Source of the DNA: Geosiphon pyriformis uo1
Lineage: Eukaryota; Fungi; Glomeromycota
Length of the DNA: 64,000 nucleotides
Reading direction: 5' to 3'
NCBI GenBank assembly: GCA_016748015.1
Contig: JAAOMT010000283.1
Location: forward strand, 587,277-651,276
Shown: positions 63,936 to 64,000 of the stretch, in pieces
How the letters are laid out: each line of letters starts with the position of its first letter
Numbering within the stretch: position 1 is the first letter of the stretch
Position numbers and translations under genes: made by a program
The notes under the pieces: model-generated
Seen by the model: the letters and a program-made list of their open reading frames with translations, nothing else
Told to the model about the DNA's origin: nothing
The model's database searches: none

Positions 63936-64000
63936 TCACTCAAAATAATCAATATCACTGAGGTAATAAATACGGCTTTTTTTTTTTATGATATCACTTA

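Overview
This is eukaryotic, very AT-rich genomic DNA. The gene families present (F-box/LRR, BTB, Crinkler, Sel1 plus tyrosine-kinase-like) and the transposon types point to a Glomeromycotina (arbuscular mycorrhizal or Geosiphon-like) fungus; that assignment is inference. The left ~28 kb is a nest of retroelements. An old LINE is interrupted by a Ty3/Gypsy element (C), which is itself interrupted by Gypsy A. The same LINE is also interrupted by a complete Gypsy element B (10385-21242), which has paired ~1 kb LTRs, a 4-bp TSD CCAG, a PBS and a PPT, and carries a further nested LTR in its protease. Element B has unusual architecture: an AUG-free ~250-codon leader in frame with Gag, a Q/N/Y/P-rich tract, protease, an unrecognised Cys-rich domain, dUTPase, RT-RNaseH-integrase, and an extra ORF3 behind a splice acceptor in the env position. 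All old repeats show heavy C>T/G>A erosion in many contexts (RIP-like). The right ~36 kb holds three intact host genes (S/T-rich single-pass membrane protein, F-box/LRR, BTB) and several pseudogenes (Sel1-kinase, kinase remnant, Crinkler N-terminus, unknowns). It also contains a young 5'-truncated LINE with TSD, microsatellites, and a short bacterial uvrB fragment that may derive from a Mollicutes-related endosymbiont. All alignments and translations outside the supplied ORF track were done by eye.
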